The notes under the pieces are model-generated. The model did no database searches and had not been told where the DNA came from. It saw nothing but the letters and a program-made list of their open reading frames with translations. DNA of 64,000 bases from Anaerolineales bacterium (GTDB lineage: Bacteria; Chloroflexota; Anaerolineae; Anaerolineales; UBA11858), in contig JADHTJ010000006.1 in NCBI GenBank assembly GCA_016785015.1, forward strand, positions 18,927 through 82,926, given 5' to 3'. Position 1 is the first letter of the stretch. Each line of letters starts with the position of its first letter. Positions 48,961-58,836 of the stretch are shown in pieces. The position numbers were made by a program, and so were the translations under genes.

Positions 48961-49129
48961 TTGGGACACGGATTGCACGGATGACTCCACTGAAAAAACT
49001 ACCAGACGAGGGCTTCCGCCGGAATATATGGGTGTGGTTGCGGAGCAACCACACCCATATATTCCGGCGGGAAACTCGCTTTTTGGAATTTTTTTGATCC
49101 AAATAACCTGCGTGAATCCGTGTCCAAAA
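48961..49129. repeat. Composite inverted repeat: acacggat-type ends around a long perfect hairpin
   Basis: ggacacggatt...aatccgtgtcc; core ccgccggaatatatgggtgtggttgc-gga-gcaaccacacccatatattccggcgg. Confidence 0.8.
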
Positions 49130-49139
49130 AGGTATTTAT

Positions 49140-49640
49140 ATGAGTGAACAACCAACAAAAAGTGAATTGCTCGAAGTGATTAACCAAACCTGGGCTGATC
49201 TCAATGAAATCATTGACGGCTTGAGTGAAGAGCAATTGCTTGATTCAAGCGCGATGAGCAACGGTTGGAGCTACAAAGATATTTTGGCCCATGTCACGGC
49301 ATGGGAATTATTAGCTATGGACCGCATCAATTCTGCCATTACTGGCGAGTCGTTGAAATATGAAGTTATAGAGAGCGATGACTTCGCCAATGATTTCAAT
49401 GCCGATATCTACGAGAAGAACAAGGATAAAGCTTTAGCAGAAATTGCTGAAGATTTTCATAGAATCCATGGGGAATTCGTAACGCAAATCGAAGGACTAG
49501 ACGAGTCTGTGTTACCCCAAAAGCTGCCATTTGATTGGGCCGGGAATTTGACTTATCAAGTGCTGATCTCAGCCAATACCCACTGGCATTATAATGAGCA
49601 TATTGAAGCCAGCGAGAAGTGGTTGGCAAAGCAAACCTGA
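49140..49640 (+). CDS. DinB/ClbS/DfsB-like four-helix-bundle protein
   Basis: WSYKDILAHVTAWE ... NTHWHYNEH. Confidence 0.8.
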   Translation: MSEQPTKSELLEVINQTWADLNEIIDGLSEEQLLDSSAMSNGWSYKDILAHVTAWELLAMDRINSAITGESLKYEVIESDDFANDFNADIYEKNKDKALAEIAEDFHRIHGEFVTQIEGLDESVLPQKLPFDWAGNLTYQVLISANTHWHYNEHIEASEKWLAKQT

Positions 49641-49740
49641 TCATTCCAGCATACGAGCATTCAAAGTCACCCTAAAAACAGACTCCCGCCAGGTACACTC
49701 GGGGGTCCGTTTGAATTTCTCTCCTACGCTGCGGTATCGC

Positions 49741-52700
49741 TCAAGAATTTGCGCTCTTCTCAAGCAACCTTTCGATGGCCTGCTTATCTTTTGGCTTGGC
49801 AAATAAATACCCTTGCCCATTCGTGCAACCCAGCCTCACCAATTCATCCATCTGCTGCTCCGTTTCGATCCCCTCAGCAACAACATCCATATCTAAATCA
49901 CGCGCCATATTAATGATGGTTCTAATCAGACTGGTATGTTTTTTGTCAGGGATATTTTTTACAAAGGAGCGGTCTATTTTAACAACATCTAGGGAGATCT
50001 GTCGCAAGTAGTTCAAAGCGGAATAGCCCGTGCCAAAATCATCCAAATGGATATTGATCCCCAAGTTTTTAATTTGGCGGACCAATTTCTTCGACTCTTC
50101 GAAATCTTGGATGATTGAACTTTCGGTAATTTCGAGGTTTAGCAAATTTCCAGGGAATCCGGTTTCTGAAAGTATTAGAGTCAGCTGGTTCAAAAAATCT
50201 GGATGCGCCAGCTGCTTTCCAGAGATATTGACGCTCAACGAGAAAGGGGCCTGATTGACAAGTTGCCCATTCCATTGATCCACTTGAAGACATGCATCTC
50301 TAATTAAAATATTGGACATTTCGTTAATCAAGCCAGATTCTTCTGCTACTGGAATGAACTCTGCTGGCGGCAGGAGTCCGCGCTCGGGATGCTCCCAGCG
50401 CATCAATGCCTCAAAACCAAAGATGATTTGGTCCGGCAATGTGATGATCGGTTGATAGTGGGTTTTTAATTCATTTTGATCCACAGCATTGCGCAGGTCT
50501 TGCTCTAATTTCATACGCATATTGACTTCTTCTCGCATGGTGTGATCAAATATTTCGTATGTAGATTTCCCCATATTTTTAGCACGATACATGGCGATAT
50601 CCCCATCCCTCAAATAAGCCATGGGATCGGAATATTCAGCGCTGCTCATTACGATCCCAATGCTGGCAGTAATCATTAGGTCGTTACCCTGAATATTGTG
50701 CGGTGAGCCAAGTTCAGCCTGGATACGCTCAACCAAAGTGACTACACTATGAATACTTTGAACCTCTTCCATCAGAATTGCAAATTCATCCCCCCCAAAC
50801 CGTGAGGTTGTATCGATCTGCCGCGTGCATATTTCAAGCCGCTTCGCGACTCGGATGAGTAATTTATCGCCAATCAGATGGCCCAAACTATCATTGATTA
50901 TTTTGAAACCGTCCAAATCTAGAAACAACAAAGCAAAATGATACCCTTCTCTCCGGGCGGCACGTTGAATAGCTTGCTCCAAGCGGTTGATCAATAATGC
51001 CCGGTTAGGCAGGTTGGTAAGTTTGTCGTGAAAGGCGTCGTGTAAAAGCTGACCCTGGACGCGCTCGCGTTCGGCAATTTCCACTTTTGCCTGCTCATAC
51101 AAGCGGGCATGTTCAAGAGCGATGGCAGCCTGACGTGAGATAGCGTGGCACCAGTCGATTTCTTCCTGGGTGAACTCATGTTTTTGGCGGCTTTCCCAAA
51201 GCTCTGTGAACCCGATAAATTGTTCTTTGATGATCAAGGGGATATACAAGATGGATTTGACCCCATATTTATCGAAGTCATTGATATCAAATGGAGAATT
51301 TTCAACAGCATCATAGTGGTCGAAATCATGCCCACCAGCTTTCATTATCTCAAAAAATTCGGTTTCGCGCTCTATGCTCGGATATTCGACACCTAAATCA
51401 GACAATCTTTCTAGGTCGGTAGCATTTTCTGTGAAATATTCTGCGATTACCGTTGCGTTGGTGGAACCCTGTTTGACTTCCAGAATATACCCACTGGTCG
51501 CATCGATCGCCTTACACATTTGCTCTGCCAGGCGGGTTAGAATCGTGTTGGTATCCAGCGCAGAAGAAATGATCGTGCTAGCCTCTTGCAGCGCGATCTG
51601 CGCCACCAACTGCTTTTGAGTTTGTTCGAAACGAATTGCTCTATCGAGCGCAATCCTGGCCTGATTGGCGATGGCAAAGCACAACTCGATTTCGTCGTCT
51701 GTAAAATTGCGCTCGTTTCGACTTTCCCACAATTCAATGTAACCAATGGCATTCTCTTGGCGGCGCAGTGGGATATAAAGGATCGTTTTCCCACCGAATT
51801 CTTCCATCTCGCGCCGCACGGATTCGTTGATGGATTCATCGCTAATGCCACTAATGTAATGCTCTCCAGAATTCAATTGCTCCCAGAACATCGGAAATTC
51901 AGAACTCGATTCATCATATTCCAACCCTATATCGGAGATACGCTCCATTTCATTTGCCACGAGACTTATATACTCTGCCACTGTAGTCGAGATCTTCCTT
52001 TCTTCATCATACAGCGTAATATAGGCACTGGTGATATCAAATGCTTTACACACATGTTCTGCAAGCTGATTGAGTACGGTTTGAGAATCAAGCGATGACG
52101 ATACGATCGCCCCGGCCTCTTGCAGCGCGATCTGGGCTGCCAATTGCTTTTGGATTTGTTCGAACTGCTGCGCTTTCTCAAGCGCCAGCTTAGTTTGGTT
52201 AGCGATATCGAAGCACAATGCAATTTCGTCGTTTGTAAAAACTCGCTTACCCCGGCTCTCCCACAACTCGATATACCCAATGACCTCATCCTGGCGCATC
52301 AGCGGAACGAACAGAATAGTGTGTCCACCAAACTCCTCGATCAATCTTCGATCTAGGGGACTGATATCCTCGTCATCAATATGTTGATAATGATAGTGAC
52401 CTGCGTTCAGTTTGGACCAGAGCTCCAACTCTGCTTCCCCAGACTCGTCATATTCCACCCCCAAATCTGAGATCTTCTCCAACGCATTGGCACATGGGCT
52501 GATATATTCTGCCACGGATAAGACAGTTTGTTTTTCTTTGTTATACAAAAAGATATAACTACTGGTAATATCAAAAGCTTTACATAAATGTTCGGAGAGG
52601 CGATTGAGGACTGTTTTGGTATCAAAAGATGACGAGACGATCGCCCCGGCCTCTCGCAGGACGACTTGGTCCTGCAATCTTTTTTTTGTTTCAGCATGCA

Positions 52701-54225
52701 AACGCGCTTTTTCTACTGCGACCGCCGTCTGGCTGGCTAACGCCCGGCTCAGGCGAATTTCTTCTTCTGTAAATACATGTTTGTCAGTTGAGTGATCTAA
52801 CTCAACGATACCTAACACTTGATCCGATGTGCTGAATGGAAGCATTAGCAAGTTTGAAGTACCTACATCTCGCATATAGGCGATTTCAGCTGGATCAGCA
52901 TTGGGATCTGAAATATGAATCAAATAATCCACATTTTCTTCTAATACTTTGCGAGTTGCCGGATAATCATCCAATGCATAGGTGGTACCCGGTTGATCTA
53001 CTTCTTCATAACCATCACGGCGAAATTCGAAGACAGTCACGACCGTGTCGGCCTTCTGATCCCATAATGCGATCGCACACCCATCCGCTCTAGCAGATAT
53101 TGCCATCTGCTCCGCAATGATCGCCAGAACTTCATCGAGTTCCAGCGTTGAAGCAACCGCCCTATTCGCCTCCAACATAATCTCCAGATCGGATGATTTT
53201 TGCCTTAATTGCGTGATATCGTGCAAAGCAAGCATAAACCCATATTCCCGATTCCGAGAGAGACGCAACCGCGCCAGGTGAACCTCAAAGATGCTCAAAG
53301 CGCCATTGAACGGATAAGAGATCTCAGCCTTACTTTCTGTTGAAAAATCGCTCTCTTCAACCAACTCCCATAAATCAGGCCAGAGGTCTTTCAAGTTTTT
53401 ATTGATGATTTTCTTATCCCCAGGCCCGAAAATATTTTTTGCAGATCCGTTTAGATCAATGATACGTTTTTCCACATCCAGCACCATGATCGGCGCAAAG
53501 ATATTATCCAAAACCTCTTCACGAGTGGCATTCAATATTTCGGCTTTCCGAATGCGGGATAAATTAGCCCCCGCAACAACTCCAGAAATGCCCATCGCCA
53601 GACTCGTCGGTTCAAAGGGGCTGGAAGATTTAAAAACCATGGAGATTACCGCGATTCCAATCGGAAACAAGGCAGCAATCATCAAAATAATGGTTTCATT
53701 GGACCGATAGTGTCGCGATTCCCTCAGTGATCTGATCATTAACAAAAAAGATCGTAGCACCTGTAAAAAAGCAAAAAACATGATCGCCCATAATCCAAGA
53801 CCATAGCTTTGCTCTAGAAAGAAATATTGTCCATTCAAGGATAATTCAGCATGAGACCAAATTAAATGATGATACTCATTCGTGAAAACAATTACCCCAA
53901 GGAAGATATTGATGGCGATTATGGATGAAATATATTTAGATGTTCTTTTGTAATTAACATAATATAAACTATAAAACAGGAAGCCCGAGGGAGCAAAAAG
54001 GATGCCGATATATTGGATTTTATCGAGCAAGAGCATCACATCGAAATCGATAATGCTCAACTCTAAAGCATATGCCAGGTTCCAGAACGCGCTCGAAATC
54101 AAGATTACCCTAACCCAGCGAACATCAGGGTGGGTGCGATAACGGTGTAATCTGAATGTGATGTAGATCGAGCTAATCCCAATAACAGACAGTAGGATTG
54201 AATAAGGAATTAATTGAAATGACAT
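49741..54225 (-). CDS. Diguanylate cyclase/phosphodiesterase: 7TM sensor, PAS, four GAF, GGDEF, EAL
   Basis: HDKLTNLPNR, DLDGFK.IND.LGH, RFGGDEF; YQPI..GFEAL, DDFGTGYS, VAEGIE, GQGY. Confidence 0.93.
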   Translation of the reverse strand: MSFQLIPYSILLSVIGISSIYITFRLHRYRTHPDVRWVRVILISSAFWNLAYALELSIIDFDVMLLLDKIQYIGILFAPSGFLFYSLYYVNYKRTSKYISSIIAINIFLGVIVFTNEYHHLIWSHAELSLNGQYFFLEQSYGLGLWAIMFFAFLQVLRSFLLMIRSLRESRHYRSNETIILMIAALFPIGIAVISMVFKSSSPFEPTSLAMGISGVVAGANLSRIRKAEILNATREEVLDNIFAPIMVLDVEKRIIDLNGSAKNIFGPGDKKIINKNLKDLWPDLWELVEESDFSTESKAEISYPFNGALSIFEVHLARLRLSRNREYGFMLALHDITQLRQKSSDLEIMLEANRAVASTLELDEVLAIIAEQMAISARADGCAIALWDQKADTVVTVFEFRRDGYEEVDQPGTTYALDDYPATRKVLEENVDYLIHISDPNADPAEIAYMRDVGTSNLLMLPFSTSDQVLGIVELDHSTDKHVFTEEEIRLSRALASQTAVAVEKARLHAETKKRLQDQVVLREAGAIVSSSFDTKTVLNRLSEHLCKAFDITSSYIFLYNKEKQTVLSVAEYISPCANALEKISDLGVEYDESGEAELELWSKLNAGHYHYQHIDDEDISPLDRRLIEEFGGHTILFVPLMRQDEVIGYIELWESRGKRVFTNDEIALCFDIANQTKLALEKAQQFEQIQKQLAAQIALQEAGAIVSSSLDSQTVLNQLAEHVCKAFDITSAYITLYDEERKISTTVAEYISLVANEMERISDIGLEYDESSSEFPMFWEQLNSGEHYISGISDESINESVRREMEEFGGKTILYIPLRRQENAIGYIELWESRNERNFTDDEIELCFAIANQARIALDRAIRFEQTQKQLVAQIALQEASTIISSALDTNTILTRLAEQMCKAIDATSGYILEVKQGSTNATVIAEYFTENATDLERLSDLGVEYPSIERETEFFEIMKAGGHDFDHYDAVENSPFDINDFDKYGVKSILYIPLIIKEQFIGFTELWESRQKHEFTQEEIDWCHAISRQAAIALEHARLYEQAKVEIAERERVQGQLLHDAFHDKLTNLPNRALLINRLEQAIQRAARREGYHFALLFLDLDGFKIINDSLGHLIGDKLLIRVAKRLEICTRQIDTTSRFGGDEFAILMEEVQSIHSVVTLVERIQAELGSPHNIQGNDLMITASIGIVMSSAEYSDPMAYLRDGDIAMYRAKNMGKSTYEIFDHTMREEVNMRMKLEQDLRNAVDQNELKTHYQPIITLPDQIIFGFEALMRWEHPERGLLPPAEFIPVAEESGLINEMSNILIRDACLQVDQWNGQLVNQAPFSLSVNISGKQLAHPDFLNQLTLILSETGFPGNLLNLEITESSIIQDFEESKKLVRQIKNLGINIHLDDFGTGYSALNYLRQISLDVVKIDRSFVKNIPDKKHTSLIRTIINMARDLDMDVVAEGIETEQQMDELVRLGCTNGQGYLFAKPKDKQAIERLLEKSANS

Positions 54226-54452
54226 CAAACAACCCAATCACTGGAGAAAAATAATCGCTTTACCACCCCAAAAAAAAGTTTTTGAAGGGGTTAGGAGCGA
54301 CGAAAAACATGTAGATACAATCACTTTCCATTAGTTGTCTTATCTGTGCCAACGAGCGGCTGGATTAATTGCTAACCCCATACATAATACTAGAGAAAAC
54401 CCACACAAGATACAACAATAAGTATAAACCAATCCGCAAAAAATTCAACTTT

Positions 54453-54655
54453 GGTTCTTTGGGAATCGTCGGGGAGGTTACCTGAATTTAGGGTATGGAG
54501 TGTGCTCCGTACACATCGTGCCCCAAAATCAGGACATTGCCACGGAATTCTGGAATTGCCGTGAGAGACCTGACATTTGGGGGTAGGGGGCGTGTGGAGC
54601 ACGCCCCCTACCCCCACCCTACCACGGCGATTCCTAGAGACCCTCCTAGAGAGCC
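54453..54655. mobile_element. Composite/nested MITE-like element (family of 23708-23817)
   Basis: Exact 8-bp TSD tcaacttt; two tandem right ends (gagaccc, gagagcc) and two hairpin cargos. Confidence 0.8.
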
Positions 54656-54675
54656 TCAACTTTTCTGAATAACCG

Positions 54676-54700
54676 TGATAAAATACTAGAACATATGGGC
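54676..54700 (+). promoter_or_regulatory. Extended -10 promoter plus candidate LexA box
   Basis: TGATAAAAT followed by GAACATATGGGC, a near match to the GAAC-N4-GTTC box. Confidence 0.5.
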
Positions 54701-54756
54701 GACTTATTGCAATACAATATCATGCTCCGTTCTTGTTTTTTCGAACCCCTGGTTTC

Positions 54757-57700
54757 ATGAATGAAATCTTAGATTACTACCGCAGCCACTCCCCCATCAC
54801 CGACCCAGGCGAATTCGTTTATCTTTACAAAGATCTCCCTGATGGCATCCACAAGTTGATCGATGCCATCCAGGGTCAGCTCATGCACCGCCTGGCTGCC
54901 GAACAATTTGGCGTCACGTTGACTCGCGAAAGTCGCGGCGAGCAGCGTCTGCGCACAATGCAGCAGCGCTTAGCTCGCATCGCCGAACTTTCCCCCGATC
55001 CATTAACGATCAAACGCGAACCCAAGGAACGTCAGGTTGGAATGTGCCGCGACTTCGCTGTCTTTTTGGTGTCTATGCTGCGGCACAAGGGCATCCCTGC
55101 CCGTTTGCGGGTTGGATTCGCAGACTATCTTGGTAAAGAAAGCATATTCAAAGGCGACCACTGGATTGCAGAATATTGGAATACGTACCAGTACCGCTGG
55201 GTGTTGGCTGATCCCGATGTGGGCGGTATACCCCTGGGTATGCTCCCAATTAAAGATGGCTGCAACTTTCATGATCTGCGCCACAATGTGGATTTCTACG
55301 TTGCCGGGTCTGCCTGGAAGTTAGCTCGTGATGGGAAAGTACGGCCCGACATCTTCCGCTATTCGGGACGTTGGAAAGGTTTCCCCTGCATCCGTGGCAA
55401 CCTGCTGCACGATTTCCAGGCACTCAATTTGCTGGAGCTCGCTCTCTTCGATTATTGGGACGAATTACACACTAAACCTGAAAACCAACTAACCGTCGAT
55501 GACAAAACCATCCTCGACAGAATCGCAGACATGACTCTCGATCCTCAGGCCAATTTCGAGGCAATGCGCCAGCTCTTTGACGACATGCCCCGCACCCAGC
55601 GAATCTATGCCAAACTGCGCCAATTGGGCGTGATCGATGACAAAGAGCTGGCTAGCGTTGAAGAATTGAAGCCATCAGGAATGGGTCGGCTAACAGAGCT
55701 TTCTAATTCAGATCTCTCCAGTGCTGCACGTTCGGCGTTCGACGCCCAACGTTTCACCCAAAACGACGACGATCTTCCTGAAGATCATCCTGCCTATACG
55801 CAGCAAACTATGCTCCCGCCCGGATTGGGCGACATCATCGTGCGCGGCGCCCGGCAGCACAACCTCAGAAATATCGATGTTCATATTCCGCGCCACAAAC
55901 TGGTTGTTATCACCGGGGTCAGCGGCAGCGGAAAATCTTCGTTGGCCTTTGACACAATCTACGCCGAGGGGCAGCGACGCTATGTCGAGAGCCTTTCGTC
56001 TTTTGCACGCCAGTTCATGGACCAGATGGAAAAACCCCTGGTTGACCAGATCACTGGTCTCAGCCCAGCTATCGCCATCGAGCAAAAAACCATTCGCCGT
56101 AACCCGCGCTCCACGGTGGGTACAGTCACCGAAATCCTCGACTATCTACGCGTGCTGTACGCCCGCTTGGGCATCCCGCACTGCCCGCAATGTGGGCGCG
56201 CCGTACAACCCCAAAGCACCCAACAGATCGCCAATCAGCTATCCAAGCTGCCGGCAGAGACGCGCTTTCAACTCCTAGCCCCCATCGCCCGCAAACGCAA
56301 AGGTGCCTACATCAACACGTTCAAAAAGGCTCTCAGAGATGGTTATTCTCGCGCCCGCGTCGATGGAAAGTTGATCGATTTGAGCGAAGGCATTCCAAAA
56401 ATTGACAAGAACAAGAAGCACAATATCGAGCTAATTGTGGACAGGTTAGTTGTTCCCAATACCCTCATCCCCAGCCCTTCTCCCACAAAGAGAAGGGAGT
56501 CAGCTTCCCCTCTCCCCGCGGGAGAGGGGCCAGGGGTGAGGGCCGTGGATGAAGAGCCAGGGGTGAAGGCTGAGAGCGACTTCCCCACCCGCCTGATCGA
56601 TTCGATCGAAACCACTCTCCGCGCTGGTGAAGGCATCCTGATTGTCGATTTGGGAGACGAGGAGATCACGCTAAGCGAGCACAATGCCTGCCCCGATTGT
56701 GATATCAGCTTCCCGCAGTTGGAACCCCACATATTCAGTTTCAACTCGCCATTAGGCATGTGTGACGAGTGCAACGGCCTGGGTGTCAAATTGCAGGTCG
56801 ATCCTGATGTAATCGTCGTCGATCCAGAAGTCTCGATCTTAGATGGCGCTACGTCGTGGTATGGCAATCTCAACAAGAAAAAAGGCAGTCCCTATCGCGC
56901 CAGACATCTCAAAGTTATGGCCGAGCACTATAATGCTGACATCAATTTAGCCTGGAAAGATCTACCAAAACAATTTCAAGATGTCATTATGTACGGGTCG
57001 GGGGATACTAAATTTAATTTCGAGTACGAATCGCAAGACGGATCTTGGAGCGGCCAAAGCTACCGACCAGCCATGGGGATCATCTACCATGTTAAACGCC
57101 TCTTTCGACAAACTAAATCTGAAGGCTCACGTCGCTATTACATGCAATTCATGAGCCGGCTGCCATGCCCGCGCTGCGAAGGCGAGCGTCTCAACCCAGA
57201 AGCGCGTTTCGTGACCATAGACAGCAAACGACTTCCCGAACTGACATCTTGGAGCATCGAGGCGCTTCACGATTGGGTGGGCAGTTTGTTGCACACACTC
57301 CCAAATGAACAAATCCAAATCGGTGAAGAACTAGTCAAAGAGATTTATGAAAGATTAGGCTTCCTGCGCAACGTCGGCCTGCACTATTTGACCCTCAACC
57401 GCCCCGCGCCAACCCTTTCCGGCGGCGAAGGCCAACGCATTCGTCTAGCCAGTCAGATCGGCAGCGGCTTGGTGGGTGTGATGTACATCCTCGACGAACC
57501 TTCCATCGGCCTGCATGCCCGTGATCACCGTGCCTTGCTCGACACGCTCATCCGCTTGCGCGACATCGGCAACACGGTGCTGGTCGTCGAACATGACGAA
57601 GCCACCATGCGCGCTGCTGATTGGATCATCGACCTGGGTCCTGGTCCTGGCATGATGGGCGGCGAGGTGGTTGCTGCGGGGAGTCCGGATGAAATTATCC

Positions 57701-58794
57701 TGGACCCCGAGTCGATCACAGGGAAATACCTTTCTGGCAAATTGACGGTTTCACCCCCCAATGGCAGGGAGCGTCGGACTGCATCCGCATCGGGGGTGAT
57801 GACTCTGCGAGGGGCCGGGCTCCACAACTTGAAGGGAATCGATGTCAACTTCCCCTTGGGCACGTTGATCACCATCACGGGAGTCAGCGGCTCGGGCAAA
57901 AGTAGTCTCATCGCCCAGACGATGTATCCAGCCCTGGCACGTGCACTGCACAACGCTAAAATGGCCACACCCGGCCCACATGAGGGTATCGAAGGGCTTG
58001 ATAAACTTGACAAGATCATCAATATCACCCAAGACCCCATTGGCCGCAACCCTCGCTCTAACCCTGGCACATACGTGGGTGTGTTGAGTGAAATCCGCAA
58101 AGTTTTCGCCGAAGTTCCTGACGCCAAAGCGCTAGGATTCAAACCGGGACGCTTTAGCTTCAACGTCAAAGGCGGACGCTGCGAAGAATGCAAAGGCTAT
58201 GGTTTTAAGAAAGTTGAGATGCACTTCCTGGCCGATGTTTGGGTGCGCTGCGCAACGTGCGAGGGGAAACGCTTCAACAGGCAAACTTTGCAAGTCACTT
58301 ACAAAGAAAGGAATATCGCCGAAGTGTTGGATATGGATGTGCAGGAAGCGCTGACTTTTTTCGAGAATCACCCCAAGATTAGGCGCATCCTGCAAACCCT
58401 GCATGACGTCGGGCTGGATTATGTCAAACTCGGCCAGAGCGCCCTGACCTTGAGCGGTGGCGAGGCACAGCGCGTCAAGCTGGCCAAAGAGTTGAGCCGC
58501 GTGGCCACGGGGCGCACCGTCTACATCCTTGATGAACCCACCACTGGTCTGCATTTCGCCGATATCCAACGCCTGCTGGATGTGCTCCATCGCCTGGTCG
58601 ATGCCGGCAACACCGTCATCATCATCGAGCATAATCTGGATGTAATTCGCACCGCGGATTGGATCATCGACCTGGGTCCCGAGGGGGGCGATAAGGGAGG
58701 CTACATTATTGCAGAGGGCACACCCGAAGATGTAGCACTTATTGAAAATAGTTATACGGGGAGATTCTTGAAGGAATTGTTAACATCCAGGTGA
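54757..58794 (+). CDS. uvrA: Transglutaminase-like domain fused to excinuclease ABC subunit UvrA
   Basis: Single open frame. N-terminal VGMCRDF..ARLRVGF..DHWIAEY..LADP. From about 55830: GARQHNL, GVSGSGKSS twice, LSGGE twice, Zn fingers, UvrB-binding region. Confidence 0.92.
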   Translation: MNEILDYYRSHSPITDPGEFVYLYKDLPDGIHKLIDAIQGQLMHRLAAEQFGVTLTRESRGEQRLRTMQQRLARIAELSPDPLTIKREPKERQVGMCRDFAVFLVSMLRHKGIPARLRVGFADYLGKESIFKGDHWIAEYWNTYQYRWVLADPDVGGIPLGMLPIKDGCNFHDLRHNVDFYVAGSAWKLARDGKVRPDIFRYSGRWKGFPCIRGNLLHDFQALNLLELALFDYWDELHTKPENQLTVDDKTILDRIADMTLDPQANFEAMRQLFDDMPRTQRIYAKLRQLGVIDDKELASVEELKPSGMGRLTELSNSDLSSAARSAFDAQRFTQNDDDLPEDHPAYTQQTMLPPGLGDIIVRGARQHNLRNIDVHIPRHKLVVITGVSGSGKSSLAFDTIYAEGQRRYVESLSSFARQFMDQMEKPLVDQITGLSPAIAIEQKTIRRNPRSTVGTVTEILDYLRVLYARLGIPHCPQCGRAVQPQSTQQIANQLSKLPAETRFQLLAPIARKRKGAYINTFKKALRDGYSRARVDGKLIDLSEGIPKIDKNKKHNIELIVDRLVVPNTLIPSPSPTKRRESASPLPAGEGPGVRAVDEEPGVKAESDFPTRLIDSIETTLRAGEGILIVDLGDEEITLSEHNACPDCDISFPQLEPHIFSFNSPLGMCDECNGLGVKLQVDPDVIVVDPEVSILDGATSWYGNLNKKKGSPYRARHLKVMAEHYNADINLAWKDLPKQFQDVIMYGSGDTKFNFEYESQDGSWSGQSYRPAMGIIYHVKRLFRQTKSEGSRRYYMQFMSRLPCPRCEGERLNPEARFVTIDSKRLPELTSWSIEALHDWVGSLLHTLPNEQIQIGEELVKEIYERLGFLRNVGLHYLTLNRPAPTLSGGEGQRIRLASQIGSGLVGVMYILDEPSIGLHARDHRALLDTLIRLRDIGNTVLVVEHDEATMRAADWIIDLGPGPGMMGGEVVAAGSPDEIILDPESITGKYLSGKLTVSPPNGRERRTASASGVMTLRGAGLHNLKGIDVNFPLGTLITITGVSGSGKSSLIAQTMYPALARALHNAKMATPGPHEGIEGLDKLDKIINITQDPIGRNPRSNPGTYVGVLSEIRKVFAEVPDAKALGFKPGRFSFNVKGGRCEECKGYGFKKVEMHFLADVWVRCATCEGKRFNRQTLQVTYKERNIAEVLDMDVQEALTFFENHPKIRRILQTLHDVGLDYVKLGQSALTLSGGEAQRVKLAKELSRVATGRTVYILDEPTTGLHFADIQRLLDVLHRLVDAGNTVIIIEHNLDVIRTADWIIDLGPEGGDKGGYIIAEGTPEDVALIENSYTGRFLKELLTSR
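56462..56570 (+). repeat. CCCTC..CCCTCTCCC-type palindrome inserted in frame in uvrA
   Basis: ccctcatccccagcccttctccc...cccctctccccgcgggagaggggccaggggtgaggg. Confidence 0.85.
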
Positions 58795-58820
58795 CAGTCA
58801 CTTTGGCAGTGACTGTCACC
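58789..58820. repeat. Hairpin overlapping the uvrA stop codon
   Basis: ggtgacagtcact-ttggc-agtgactgtcacc. Confidence 0.75.
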
Positions 58821-58836
58821 AGTGAAGGAGGAAACC

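Noticed and set aside
57525-58632. Long antisense ORFs (222 and 166 aa) opposite uvrA, and similar ones opposite nuoCD, korA and mrp
   Set aside because: These are shadow frames of well-conserved genes with no recognisable motifs.
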